A DNA stretch of 28,588 nt from an uncultured Deferribacteres bacterium (GTDB lineage: Bacteria > Zhuqueibacterota > Zhuqueibacteria > Zhuqueibacterales > Geothermadaptataceae), in NCBI GenBank assembly GCA_964014485.1, contig CAXHAT010000094.1, positions 1 to 28,588 on the forward strand, in the 5' to 3' direction. Every line of letters begins with the position of its first letter. The first letter of the stretch is position 1. The notes below the pieces were generated by a model. It saw only the letters and a list, made by a program, of their open reading frames with translations, was not told where the DNA came from and made no database searches. Below, piece after piece: positions 9,366-18,517 of this stretch. The translations under genes and the position numbers were made by a program.

Positions 9366-9995
9366 ATGGAAGAAACCGCAATCCTCGTACAGCGTTTTCA
9401 GAACTCACTTGATCAACGAGAACGAGAACTCGTCTTTCGCGAGATTTATGGTCGCTATCTTCGCCTCGTTTATGCAGCAATTAGAAAAACGGATCTGTCC
9501 TTTTCTCATGAACAGATGGAAGACGTCGCACAGGAAACGATGCTCGTCGTTGCGAATCGACTTGATGAATTTGTGTGGGAGTCTGAAATTAAATTTCGGT
9601 CGTGGCTTTACGCTATTGCTGCGAATAAAACGAGATTGGAGGCGAGGAGAATAAGAGAAAAAACAATCGCCGTAGTTGAAAAAGAAACCGAAGCGGAAGC
9701 TGCGGATGAGTTCGCGAATAGTGACGAAAATGCAATGGCCGCGCTCTTTAGGTTGTGGCGAGAATTTGACGAGACAGGGTTCGATCTCAACTTTTTGTTT
9801 TTGTTCAAAGGCAAGAAGGATAGAGAAATTGGAGAGCTTCTTGGAATTTCCGCAGAAGCGGCGCGAAAGAGGCGTTCAAGGGCGTTGAAACTGTTTAGCG
9901 AACATCTTTCCGTTTCATACGGCGTAGATTCCAGTTTTGACTGGATTAGGAAGTTTTCGCGGTCACAAATAGAAATAGGGTTGAGAGAGCATTGA
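9366..9995 (+). CDS. ECF-type RNA polymerase sigma factor
   Basis: Region 2 (EDVAQET...FRSWLYAIAAN) and region 4 (EIGELLGISAEAARKRRSRA). Confidence 0.88.
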   Translation: MEETAILVQRFQNSLDQRERELVFREIYGRYLRLVYAAIRKTDLSFSHEQMEDVAQETMLVVANRLDEFVWESEIKFRSWLYAIAANKTRLEARRIREKTIAVVEKETEAEAADEFANSDENAMAALFRLWREFDETGFDLNFLFLFKGKKDREIGELLGISAEAARKRRSRALKLFSEHLSVSYGVDSSFDWIRKFSRSQIEIGLREH

Positions 9996-10720
9996 AACAA
10001 GGCAAGGCCAAAAAATTGGAGCGCGCACTAAAATCTCATGCGAGAGCGGCGGAAAGCGCGGCAAGAGAGGGGCATCTTGATTTTGACGCCTTCTATGCGC
10101 TTGCCAACGATGATTTGGAGGACGCTAAACGTTTGCACGCGGAGACTCACTTGGCGGCGTGTGAAGCGTGCCGAATGCAATTGAATGACCTCAAAAAATC
10201 AATTGCACTTGTGACAACATATGATCCGGACTACAGGCAAGATGTTGTTCCAGAACGGATTCTGGGCGCCATGCCCAAACCGAAGAGCGCTCAAGGCGCG
10301 TTGGCCAAGTTGACGTTTACTAAGAATCAAGTTCTGCGTCGCGTCCAGGGCGTACCGAAAAGCATGGGCGGCATTGTTGAGGATTTGAGCGATTTTGTAG
10401 TAGAGACCCTATTGCCGGACGCCGCGTTTCTTACACAGACGCGCAGCGTTGCGCATACCGCCTCTCCAGACTATCAGGTCAACTACAGAGGCTACGAGAT
10501 TATTTTTTCGGTATTGCTCGAGCAGAACACGCTTGAAATTCATCTGAAAAGCGACGGCAAGAATATCGTGGAATTGAAGCGGTTGAACGTTTACCTAGTC
10601 GACGATGCTGACGCCGTATTTGAGCCCGAAAGCGTTGCAGTGACGGGGAAAACGCTAAAGCTCATCTTTACCAAACTCGCTTTTGAGTCAAAAAACTATG
10701 AAATGCGTCTGCGTTTATAA
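9992..10720 (+). CDS. Zinc-finger (zf-HC2/ZAS) anti-sigma factor-like protein, soluble
   Basis: H...HLAACEACR (HxxxCxxC) motif. TTG start overlaps the sigma stop codon. No TM segment seen. Confidence 0.78.
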   Translation: MKQGKAKKLERALKSHARAAESAAREGHLDFDAFYALANDDLEDAKRLHAETHLAACEACRMQLNDLKKSIALVTTYDPDYRQDVVPERILGAMPKPKSAQGALAKLTFTKNQVLRRVQGVPKSMGGIVEDLSDFVVETLLPDAAFLTQTRSVAHTASPDYQVNYRGYEIIFSVLLEQNTLEIHLKSDGKNIVELKRLNVYLVDDADAVFEPESVAVTGKTLKLIFTKLAFESKNYEMRLRL

Positions 10721-11779
10721 CCAGTCGCCGACCAAGATGAAGGGCGCCCAAAAACGCATTTCTTGATACTTCGGCGTATTTTTTAGCTGGATTTGAGCTT
10801 CTTGATACGCGATCGCTTTCGGCGCGCCGCTTACAAGAGTCTTGTAAAAAAGCCTCATAAACGTGACGGCGGCCCCATGGTGCGCTTCCTATAAGCTCAA
10901 CATCATAGACGGGACGCCTGCGATGAAGAGGCCGCGCGCAAGGCCAAGGAGTTCATCGCCGCTCCGAACCTCGCTCATTCCGGTAAAACAGCCGTTTAAG
11001 ACAACAAGATTCGCATGAAGATCAACACGACTTAGATCACTGACGCTCAATACATGGTTGTGAAAACGGCGTTTGTCAAAGAGTGAAGGAAGTTTATTTC
11101 TTGCAGCCAGAAACAGCCCCGATTCTAGTGGTTCTTCGGCGTTAAAATAACCGTGTGCGGCAATATGAACAAGATCGCAGTCAGGTGACTTGTCCATAAA
11201 AGCGCTCCTTGTCGCTTTGGCGCCGCGCAAAACTGTTGATGTTGACTCTTCAAAATAGTCGACGACGGTTTCGACTTCTTCAATGTATTTCTTTCTAGTT
11301 TCAAGTAGATCTTCTTTTGCGCCCGTTCCTGCGGCAAAAATGCGGGAATAGCGGAAATCTTCGTTCCCACGTCGAACATTGTTTTCCTGACACGTTTGAA
11401 TCATCGACGCACTCGGCAAATACGAGACGGCGAAGCGTTCACAAATCGACTTGCCATTGATTTCAACGGCGTGCAACGGCAGATAATGCAGTTCCTTATG
11501 AGGAACAATATAAAGAATGTCGCATTGACCGACGCATTCAAGAACCGGCTGTAAAAGCTTGGCGGCAATTTCATGGAAACAGGTTTCGTTCCGCTGCACA
11601 ATTCTCCGGTTTTTACCAAAGCCCCAAATAAATGGGCGTATACTGCGGATTTCTTCAAGCGTGACCCCCGCTCGTATGCTTGTTGGCCCGTCCGCAGTAC
11701 CAGGGTTCTGCGGATCAATGATAAAAACAAATGTGTAATTCTCTGTCAGAAAGAATTCAGCTAAGGCGACTCGCATCAA
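10715..11779 (-). pseudogene. CHAT-domain (caspase-like) protease interrupted by an in-frame TAG at 10889-10891
   Basis: IVPHKELHYLPLHA, LVHIAAHG (His), LVVLNGCFTG (Cys) and GDELLGLARG. After SL* the same frame continues EAHHGAAVTFMRLFY...AIAYQEAQ...FWAPFILVGDWL* (stop at 10715), the canonical CHAT C-terminus. Confidence 0.85.
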
Positions 11780-11861
11780 TACGCCTGAGTTTTACTTCTC
11801 AATATAATCCACAAGCATTCAAATACCCGACTTGCATTACAATAGGAATCTGATCTAAGCC

Positions 11862-14363
11862 ATGACGCCGGAATCCAAGGATTTTGTTGACGAAATAACA
11901 GACTTGGCCCTGGACGTCGTCGCCGGAAGGAAAAACCTCGTATACGCTCATCGAATCGGCAGCAAGCGTATTAAGGTTGACAAGTCTTTTCAACTGAGCA
12001 TGCTTTTTGAAATCAACCAAAAAGTACAAGAGTTTAGAGTGGCGGAACCGGACCTAGCCGTCGCGCTGTCGCGACTTAATTTTCAGCTTGCAAAGGTCGC
12101 AAAAGATCATGCAACCATTGGCGTATCCGCCTGGACCTGTGGAAGTCTTGCAAAAAACGCCGAAGAATTTGAACAAGCCCTGAGATTATTCAAGAAAGCG
12201 CGGTTACATCTTCAGAAAGTTAACATCATATCGAATGTTGTGACGCTCACTTTGCACATCGCCCATATATATCAGAAGACAGGTGAATTCAAAAAAGCGC
12301 GCCGTCAGTTGAGCAGAGCTTTGAATAAGCTGCAAGAAATCGACAGTACTCGCCAAAAGAGCGAGTTATATTATATGATTGGCTTGCAATTCGAGATATT
12401 TGAGACCCTGGAAGACGTTTATAAGTCCGTCGCCTACTGCAAAAAAGGACTTAAACTGTCTGAGTCCGTACGTGATCTCGCTTCGTGCTTTAAAATAGCG
12501 GAGAATCTCCTTCGTTTGCACTACCAATTAGACGAACTTACAGATGCTATTGCGTTCTGTTCAAAAGTTATTTCCTTTTCGAGAGCGCTTGGTGATCCTG
12601 TTTCGGAAGCGCTTTACACGAGACAATTAGGCCTGCTCTACCACAGAATGTCTGATAATAATCAGGCTGTTCATTATTTTAAGAAGAGTCGGAATCTCGC
12701 TCAGAAACTCGGCAATCGAGACTTGCAACTAAAGGCGGATCTGGGGATCGCCGTCGTACTTGCCGCCGCAAGTCAATATTCTGCTTCTTTTTCTCTATAT
12801 AAGAAGCTTCTACATTCTGCAAGAGACTTGCAAGATGATGATTTTGAACTTGCGCTCTTGTCCTCGATTTCCTCCAGCTATTTGCGCATTGGGCGTCCGG
12901 CCAAAGCGCTCCACTATGAGCGGAAAGCACAAAGATTAGCCGCAAAACTTAATAAAACCAAGGTACGCATTCATAGTCTTGTTAAGATCGCAGAAGCTGA
13001 AATTGATTGCGGTTTCCCGCATAGAGCCATTAACCGGCTACAAAAAGAATTATTAAACCATCAAAAAAGTATGGATCCTGGGGTCGGCTACCGCTTGAAC
13101 GGCGTATTGGCTCGGGCCCACTTGGAATCAGGGCATCCAGAGTTGGCGCAGGATTTTTTTAGCCGGGCCATTCCTTTCGCTCGTCAACTGCATAAAGTTG
13201 CTCCATTATCAGTGCTGTTAATGAACTATGGTTCAGCTTGTCAATATGGGCACAGAATTCAACAAGCTCTAGAAGCCTATGAAGAAGCTATTGGTTTGAC
13301 CAAAAAGCACCACGACCGTCAGGGAGAAGCGAAAATTCAATCATATGTCGGTGATCTCTACTATTTTTATGGAGACATAATCAAGGCAAGAGAAGCCTAC
13401 GGTTCTTCCTTGAAGCTTTTTCGCAGTGCCAACGACCGAAGCGGCATACTTATGAATTTGATGCAAATCGCCCGCGTCTCAAAAGAAACGAGTATGATCG
13501 ATGAAGCCCGCTTGTCTTATGAGAAGTTGATGCAAATCGCCCAGAGATGGCGTTTTCCTAAGTATGAGATACAAGCCGCCGGAAATCTAGGCGTCCTTTT
13601 ATGCGCCAAGTCTGAACAATACGAATTGAAGAACGGACTCTATTATCTCAACAAGGCGATCAATATTGCCCATAAGCACAAGTTTGTTGGCGCGGAGATG
13701 CAGTGGAAAAACGAGCTTGGCTCGATTCACAGCGCTTTAGGCTCTCTCACTCAAGCAAGCGCCATATTTAAAAGCGTTTTAGCGGTCGCAAAAAAAACTG
13801 GTGACGTGGAGGCCGAAATGCAAGCTTCAGTCGGAGCGGCGACGATCTGCAAGCGGACCGCAAAATATAGGAACGGGTATCAATTCATCAAGCGAGCCGT
13901 TAGTATCTGTGAAAAACTAAGAGAACAGGCCCATCTGGAGCGTCACAAAATCAAATTTATGGAAGCTTCTGAAAAAATCTATTCTCTTGCTGTTGAAATT
14001 TGCATCGCAATGGACGAGAAGAAGACGGCCTTAAGATTTCTTGAAATGGCCAAATCTCGCGCATTGGCGGATCAAGTTTCATTGCAAGTCATGCGACTAT
14101 ATCAAAGCTCGCGGAGAACTCGCGATCTGATTGCAAAAGAAAAAACGATCTTGCTGAAACTAAAGTCAATGCAGGAACTGGATATATTTAATCTGAACCA
14201 AGCATTGCTTGATTCCGAGCGGCCGGTATTAAAATACAAGACACTAACTGCAGAGTTAGAAAATGTTTATACAAAACTAGGTGAGTTCGATCATCAGTAT
14301 GTTGCGCTACGAAAAGGTCTTCGTGTGAGCTATACAGCTATTCGAAGCGCTTTATGCAGATAA
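11862..14363 (+). CDS. Tetratricopeptide-repeat protein (N-terminal half of a TPR-CHAT architecture)
   Basis: Many TPR-like helical repeats, then ALRFLEMAKSRALAD and a coiled-coil/linker (YVALRKG..VSYTAIRSAL) typical of the region preceding a CHAT domain. Confidence 0.85.
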   Translation: MTPESKDFVDEITDLALDVVAGRKNLVYAHRIGSKRIKVDKSFQLSMLFEINQKVQEFRVAEPDLAVALSRLNFQLAKVAKDHATIGVSAWTCGSLAKNAEEFEQALRLFKKARLHLQKVNIISNVVTLTLHIAHIYQKTGEFKKARRQLSRALNKLQEIDSTRQKSELYYMIGLQFEIFETLEDVYKSVAYCKKGLKLSESVRDLASCFKIAENLLRLHYQLDELTDAIAFCSKVISFSRALGDPVSEALYTRQLGLLYHRMSDNNQAVHYFKKSRNLAQKLGNRDLQLKADLGIAVVLAAASQYSASFSLYKKLLHSARDLQDDDFELALLSSISSSYLRIGRPAKALHYERKAQRLAAKLNKTKVRIHSLVKIAEAEIDCGFPHRAINRLQKELLNHQKSMDPGVGYRLNGVLARAHLESGHPELAQDFFSRAIPFARQLHKVAPLSVLLMNYGSACQYGHRIQQALEAYEEAIGLTKKHHDRQGEAKIQSYVGDLYYFYGDIIKAREAYGSSLKLFRSANDRSGILMNLMQIARVSKETSMIDEARLSYEKLMQIAQRWRFPKYEIQAAGNLGVLLCAKSEQYELKNGLYYLNKAINIAHKHKFVGAEMQWKNELGSIHSALGSLTQASAIFKSVLAVAKKTGDVEAEMQASVGAATICKRTAKYRNGYQFIKRAVSICEKLREQAHLERHKIKFMEASEKIYSLAVEICIAMDEKKTALRFLEMAKSRALADQVSLQVMRLYQSSRRTRDLIAKEKTILLKLKSMQELDIFNLNQALLDSERPVLKYKTLTAELENVYTKLGEFDHQYVALRKGLRVSYTAIRSALCR

Positions 14364-15036
14364 ATTCAGGCCAAAAATTACATCGACCATTGTCTGGATA
14401 GAAAACAAGTTCTGGGCAACTATTATATTTTCGGATAAAAAGCAGATTTTGAAGTCTGCACTTTTGATGGCCTTGGATGGATTCAGCAAGGTTTTCGCGG
14501 GGAGCAAATGCCTGTCAATTCCTTCTTTCAAATATCATAGAACGGGCGACGGTTCAAATTCGAAATGAGCGGCGATTCTCCTTTGGCAGAGGAGCTGGGT
14601 TTCAGATCGTTTAGTTGTGTGGTGATCGCCCCGGCAGGCAAATTTCCCCGGCTCGTCATATTCATCATCGCTTGCGACAATAAAAGGGAGCAACTGATCA
14701 GTCTTACCTGAAACTCAATGCGTCGTAAACCCAAGAGCTATCAGCTTGTCTGGCAATATGCGCCGTCTAAAGGTTCAGAAGGCGCCAATCTCGGCTTTGA
14801 ATTTCTGCTTAGACCTGTTTTTGACGATCCGGATAAATTTCAAAGCGACAACTTGGTCAATACTGAAAACCAATCGCCGGATTGACGAAGATTTAAGAAA
14901 CGTGGCATAATGAACGCAGGTCTGACTACAAATGCGCTCTCGTTGTTTTTACGAGAGATTTGCGCCATTAACGCCTTTAAGCGCGATCTTTCGCATTCAG
15001 CGATGAATCGGGCCGTGAAGGCGAATCACCTGGATT

Positions 15037-16797
15037 ATGCAAGCAGCGCTCTATGCACGGGTTTCCACCGAAGAGCAAAAAGAAGGAAAAACCATTGATT
15101 CTCAGTTAGAAGAACTGAGACGCTTTGCGGATGAAAAAGGATACGACGTGACTGAAGAATATCTCGACGCCGGGGTCAGCGGGGCCACTATGATCAGACC
15201 GGGGCTTGGCAAGCTGCGTGAAGACGCTCAGGCCGGAAGATTTCAGACCGTGTTGGTTTATCATGTCGACCGGTTAGCGCGGGATACGACCTACCTGGGA
15301 ATCATCATGAAGGAAATGGCTCATTTTGGCGCTAAAGTTATCTTTAAACAGGTGCCTATAACCGCCAACGATGATGAAGAAGGTCAGGACCCGATGACAG
15401 ACTTTATTATTTCCTCCTTTGGCGGCGTGGCCCAACTGGAACGCGCGCTGATTAGAAGAAGAACGATAAGGGGCAGGAAGTACAAGGCGGAAGTGCGGCG
15501 GCTTGTCATCGGCCACAAAGCGCCCTACGGCTACCGCTACATCAAAAAGAACAGAGACGCTGGACAGGAAGGCTATTACGAACTGATTCCTGAAGAAGCA
15601 AAAGTCGTCAGGATGATTTTTGATTGGGTGGTTGACGAAGGATTGAGCGCGCGCCGCACTATCAAGCGCCTGGCGGACATGAAAATCCCGACCCGTACAG
15701 GCAATCCCAAATGGGCGAAAAGCACTGTTTCTCGTATTCTCAAGAACGAAACCTATTGCGGCGTAACGTATTACAACAAGCACAAGGTCACGCAGTTGCA
15801 CGAAGATTTCCCTCTCGTGGGTCAGAGCGGAGCCGCTTTGCACTTGCAAAACAAAGTCCGCTGTCGTCAGCGTCCAAAAGAACAGTGGATCGCCATTCCT
15901 ATGCCTGAGAACTGCCGCATCATCTCGCGAGAAAAATGGTTGCAAGCTCAGGAACAGCTAAAGCGAAACACGGCTTTTTCACCGAGAAACGCCAGGCGGA
16001 AGTATCTGTTGCAAGGACTGACTAGATGCGGCAATTGCGATTCGCCATTTACCGGAGAGGTAAGCAAGAACAGCACGGTTTATCGCTGCGGCAATCGTCA
16101 CAAGCGCTATCCGGAGCCGAGAAACTGCTTCGTGAAAAGCGCCAATCAAGCGGTTCTTGAAGACCTGGTTTGGAATTCGGTGACCGAAGCCGTTCAAAAC
16201 CCCGACGTTCTAACAGACCAGATTGAGCGCCTTCGAAAAAAATACGCCAATATGAACGTCGTGGAGCAAGAATTGGCCGAAGTGAAGCAAATTTTGCAAA
16301 AGAAGGCGAAAGAAGAGGACAGATTGATCGAAGCTTTGCAGGCCGGCGTGCTGACGATGGAGCAGATCAGGTCCAAGCTGGACGACTTGAATAAAGAAAA
16401 GGAGAGACTGTTGCGTGAAAAAGACAGACTTACGTCTGATATGAACAAGCAAGGCTTCTCCAAAATCGACGATTGGTCGATGGCGCAATGGCTGCAAGCC
16501 TTAAAAACGCGAATGAACGGCTTGGCGTTTGATGAAAGGCAAAATCTATTGCGTCGCCTGCTGAAATGTATCCGCATCGACGACGATAAAGTCGTCATTG
16601 ATGGTGAAATTCCCTTCGCCGCTGACGAAGCGTCTATAAACACGCCAAAGTGGAACAAAACCGATGACGCCCCTGCAATTGCGACCACGTTATCAGCAAG
16701 ACGTGGCCGCAATACGGCCTATGCAATTCCTTTCCAAATTGTTGAGCCTTTGCCCAGAAAAGTCAACCAATTCAAGACGATTACACCCAAGATATAA
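15037..16797 (+). CDS. Large serine recombinase (resolvase + recombinase + Zn-ribbon + coiled coil)
   Basis: ALYARVST (catalytic Ser), DAGVSG, RPGL, DRLAR, PYGY, LLQGLTRCGNC and YRC. Confidence 0.95.
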   Translation: MQAALYARVSTEEQKEGKTIDSQLEELRRFADEKGYDVTEEYLDAGVSGATMIRPGLGKLREDAQAGRFQTVLVYHVDRLARDTTYLGIIMKEMAHFGAKVIFKQVPITANDDEEGQDPMTDFIISSFGGVAQLERALIRRRTIRGRKYKAEVRRLVIGHKAPYGYRYIKKNRDAGQEGYYELIPEEAKVVRMIFDWVVDEGLSARRTIKRLADMKIPTRTGNPKWAKSTVSRILKNETYCGVTYYNKHKVTQLHEDFPLVGQSGAALHLQNKVRCRQRPKEQWIAIPMPENCRIISREKWLQAQEQLKRNTAFSPRNARRKYLLQGLTRCGNCDSPFTGEVSKNSTVYRCGNRHKRYPEPRNCFVKSANQAVLEDLVWNSVTEAVQNPDVLTDQIERLRKKYANMNVVEQELAEVKQILQKKAKEEDRLIEALQAGVLTMEQIRSKLDDLNKEKERLLREKDRLTSDMNKQGFSKIDDWSMAQWLQALKTRMNGLAFDERQNLLRRLLKCIRIDDDKVVIDGEIPFAADEASINTPKWNKTDDAPAIATTLSARRGRNTAYAIPFQIVEPLPRKVNQFKTITPKI

Positions 16798-16945
16798 CGG
16801 GCTTCGCATCGTCAAGACAGCCTTCATGAATTGGCTTTAGCCGGACTGTCGACGCGTTTCTGAACGCCCTGAATATCCAGCCAATGCCGTGCAACTACGC
16901 CGTATTTCATTGACGGCAGCGAGAATTATAGGTTCAGAAAATATG

Positions 16946-16982
16946 AAAAAAGCGGCTCTTGATGACAACGTTCAAAGCCGCT
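16946..16982 (-). terminator. Intrinsic terminator downstream of radC
   Basis: AGCGGCT/AGCCGCT stem with an A-run on the plus side (T-run on minus). Confidence 0.5.
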
Positions 16983-17007
16983 CAACGAAATTCCGCGAAG
17001 TCGCAGG

Positions 17008-17460
17008 TTACAGCAAGTTGTTCATGGCAAAGCTGTAGTGATCATCTTTGCCAATGATGATATGATCATGGAGTCGAAGCTCAGCAGCGTCGGCAAAACG
17101 CTTGAGCTTTCTCGTGAAGCTTTTGTCCGCCGGCGAAGGGGTCGGATCGCCCGTGGGGTGGTTGTGCAGAATAATCGCGCCGTAAGCATTGAAGACGAAC
17201 GACGTTCGGAATACTTCCAGGGGTCGTATGGAAACGCGGTTGACCGCTCCGACCGCGACGACTTCGAAGCACAAAATCTTGAAGCGCGAATCGATGCTGA
17301 CGGTGATGAACTTTTCTTTGGTCTCATCTTCGAGATCGGAAAAAAGCGAAACGATCTTTTGCGGATCGGCGGCGTTAGCTCCGGCAAGATCGCCGTCGGC
17401 GCGTTTCCGATTGTACCGGATTTCAACTTCGCGAAGATATGTGCATTTGCCTTTGGCCAT
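17008..17460 (-). CDS. radC: RadC-like JAB domain protein
   Basis: KEKF, IILHNHPTGDPTPSPAD (JAMM HxHx7Sx2D) and LHDHIIIG. Short mobile-element form. Confidence 0.9.
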   Translation of the reverse strand: MAKGKCTYLREVEIRYNRKRADGDLAGANAADPQKIVSLFSDLEDETKEKFITVSIDSRFKILCFEVVAVGAVNRVSIRPLEVFRTSFVFNAYGAIILHNHPTGDPTPSPADKSFTRKLKRFADAAELRLHDHIIIGKDDHYSFAMNNLL

Positions 17461-17640
17461 ATCATATAGGATACATGATCTGAATTGAAATGCAAATTGC
17501 GGCCTTCGAGATGCTACATGAATTCATTGTCGTTCCACATCCCATGAACTGTAGATAGAAGCGAAATACCCGTGTTTGGCCGGGATCACGAATGGCTCGA
17601 GCCGCAACCTTCGACGTCAACTTCAGAGAATCCGTCTTTG

Positions 17641-17676
17641 AAAAAAGCGGAAAGCCTGATACAGTGCTTTCCGCTT
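17641..17676 (-). terminator. Intrinsic terminator
   Basis: AAGCGGAAAGC/GCTTTCCGCTT stem with a T-run on minus, just after ORF 17701..18204. Confidence 0.65.
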
Positions 17677-17700
17677 CTCATGCAAGCAATTCAACTTACG

Positions 17701-18204
17701 CTAAAGCCTGAGATTTCGTCTTCTCAATCGTGACAATTCGTGCAGATCGATGTTGGGCACGGCCTCGCCGCGACCTTGCAACAAATCTCCCGCGTCGCGC
17801 AAAACGTCCGTCATGGCAAACACGCCGTATTGATATTTTTGCAGGGTTGCTTTTGGGTGCAGCAGCAGATGTCGCAACAAACCGACCGCCACAGGCCAGA
17901 GACTGGAACGGGGAACGACTTCGGTCATTTGATCAAAGAGCTTTTTCGCCAAACGATCCGACGCTTCAGAGCGTTGATGTTTACATATCTCATGCACGGT
18001 GATTTCGTTATCGACCAACAGATGAAAACAATTAACGCAAGCGAGTTCAAGAATGTGTTCAGTCCCGGCAGTTGGTTCTGACAAGTCGACGGATTCTCCC
18101 TTGTCATCAACTAGATAGAGACGTTGTTCCCAGACCAATTTTTTGAATGTTGCGGCGTTGTCGCAAGCCGGGCATTTGTAGGGGAATAGTCCTTCAATTT
18201 GCAT
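17701..18204 (-). CDS. Hypothetical protein with zinc-ribbon (CPAC...CVNC)
   Basis: AGGAG RBS, two CxxC motifs and a downstream terminator. Confidence 0.7.
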   Translation of the reverse strand: MQIEGLFPYKCPACDNAATFKKLVWEQRLYLVDDKGESVDLSEPTAGTEHILELACVNCFHLLVDNEITVHEICKHQRSEASDRLAKKLFDQMTEVVPRSSLWPVAVGLLRHLLLHPKATLQKYQYGVFAMTDVLRDAGDLLQGRGEAVPNIDLHELSRLRRRNLRL

Positions 18205-18517
18205 TTAGCGCTCTCCTTTTTGAAAATGACAATGAACGATTGTATTTGAGTTCATTGTACCACAATGCTTTCATGCCTTTTGCGAGCATTCTGTGGACGC
18301 AGGATGAGAATTTTGCCGTTTTTGGCAAAATATCCCGTCTATGCCCGCTTCGCTTTCCGATCCATACTGAAGAGACTATATCCGTGTCAATCTGATATAA
18401 TCTTCCACTCCTTTCTCAACAAGAAGCGCGGCAAAATCCAAAACGCAAGAGAGGGCGGATATAGAGACGCCTTGTTTTAGTCGTGGAAATGCACTTACAG
18501 AACACAAAGTTGTCGAC

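Noticed and set aside
10889..10891. Genome-wide TAG recoding
   Set aside because: TAG appears to terminate other genes here (17701, 20079), and no other gene shows an internal TAG.
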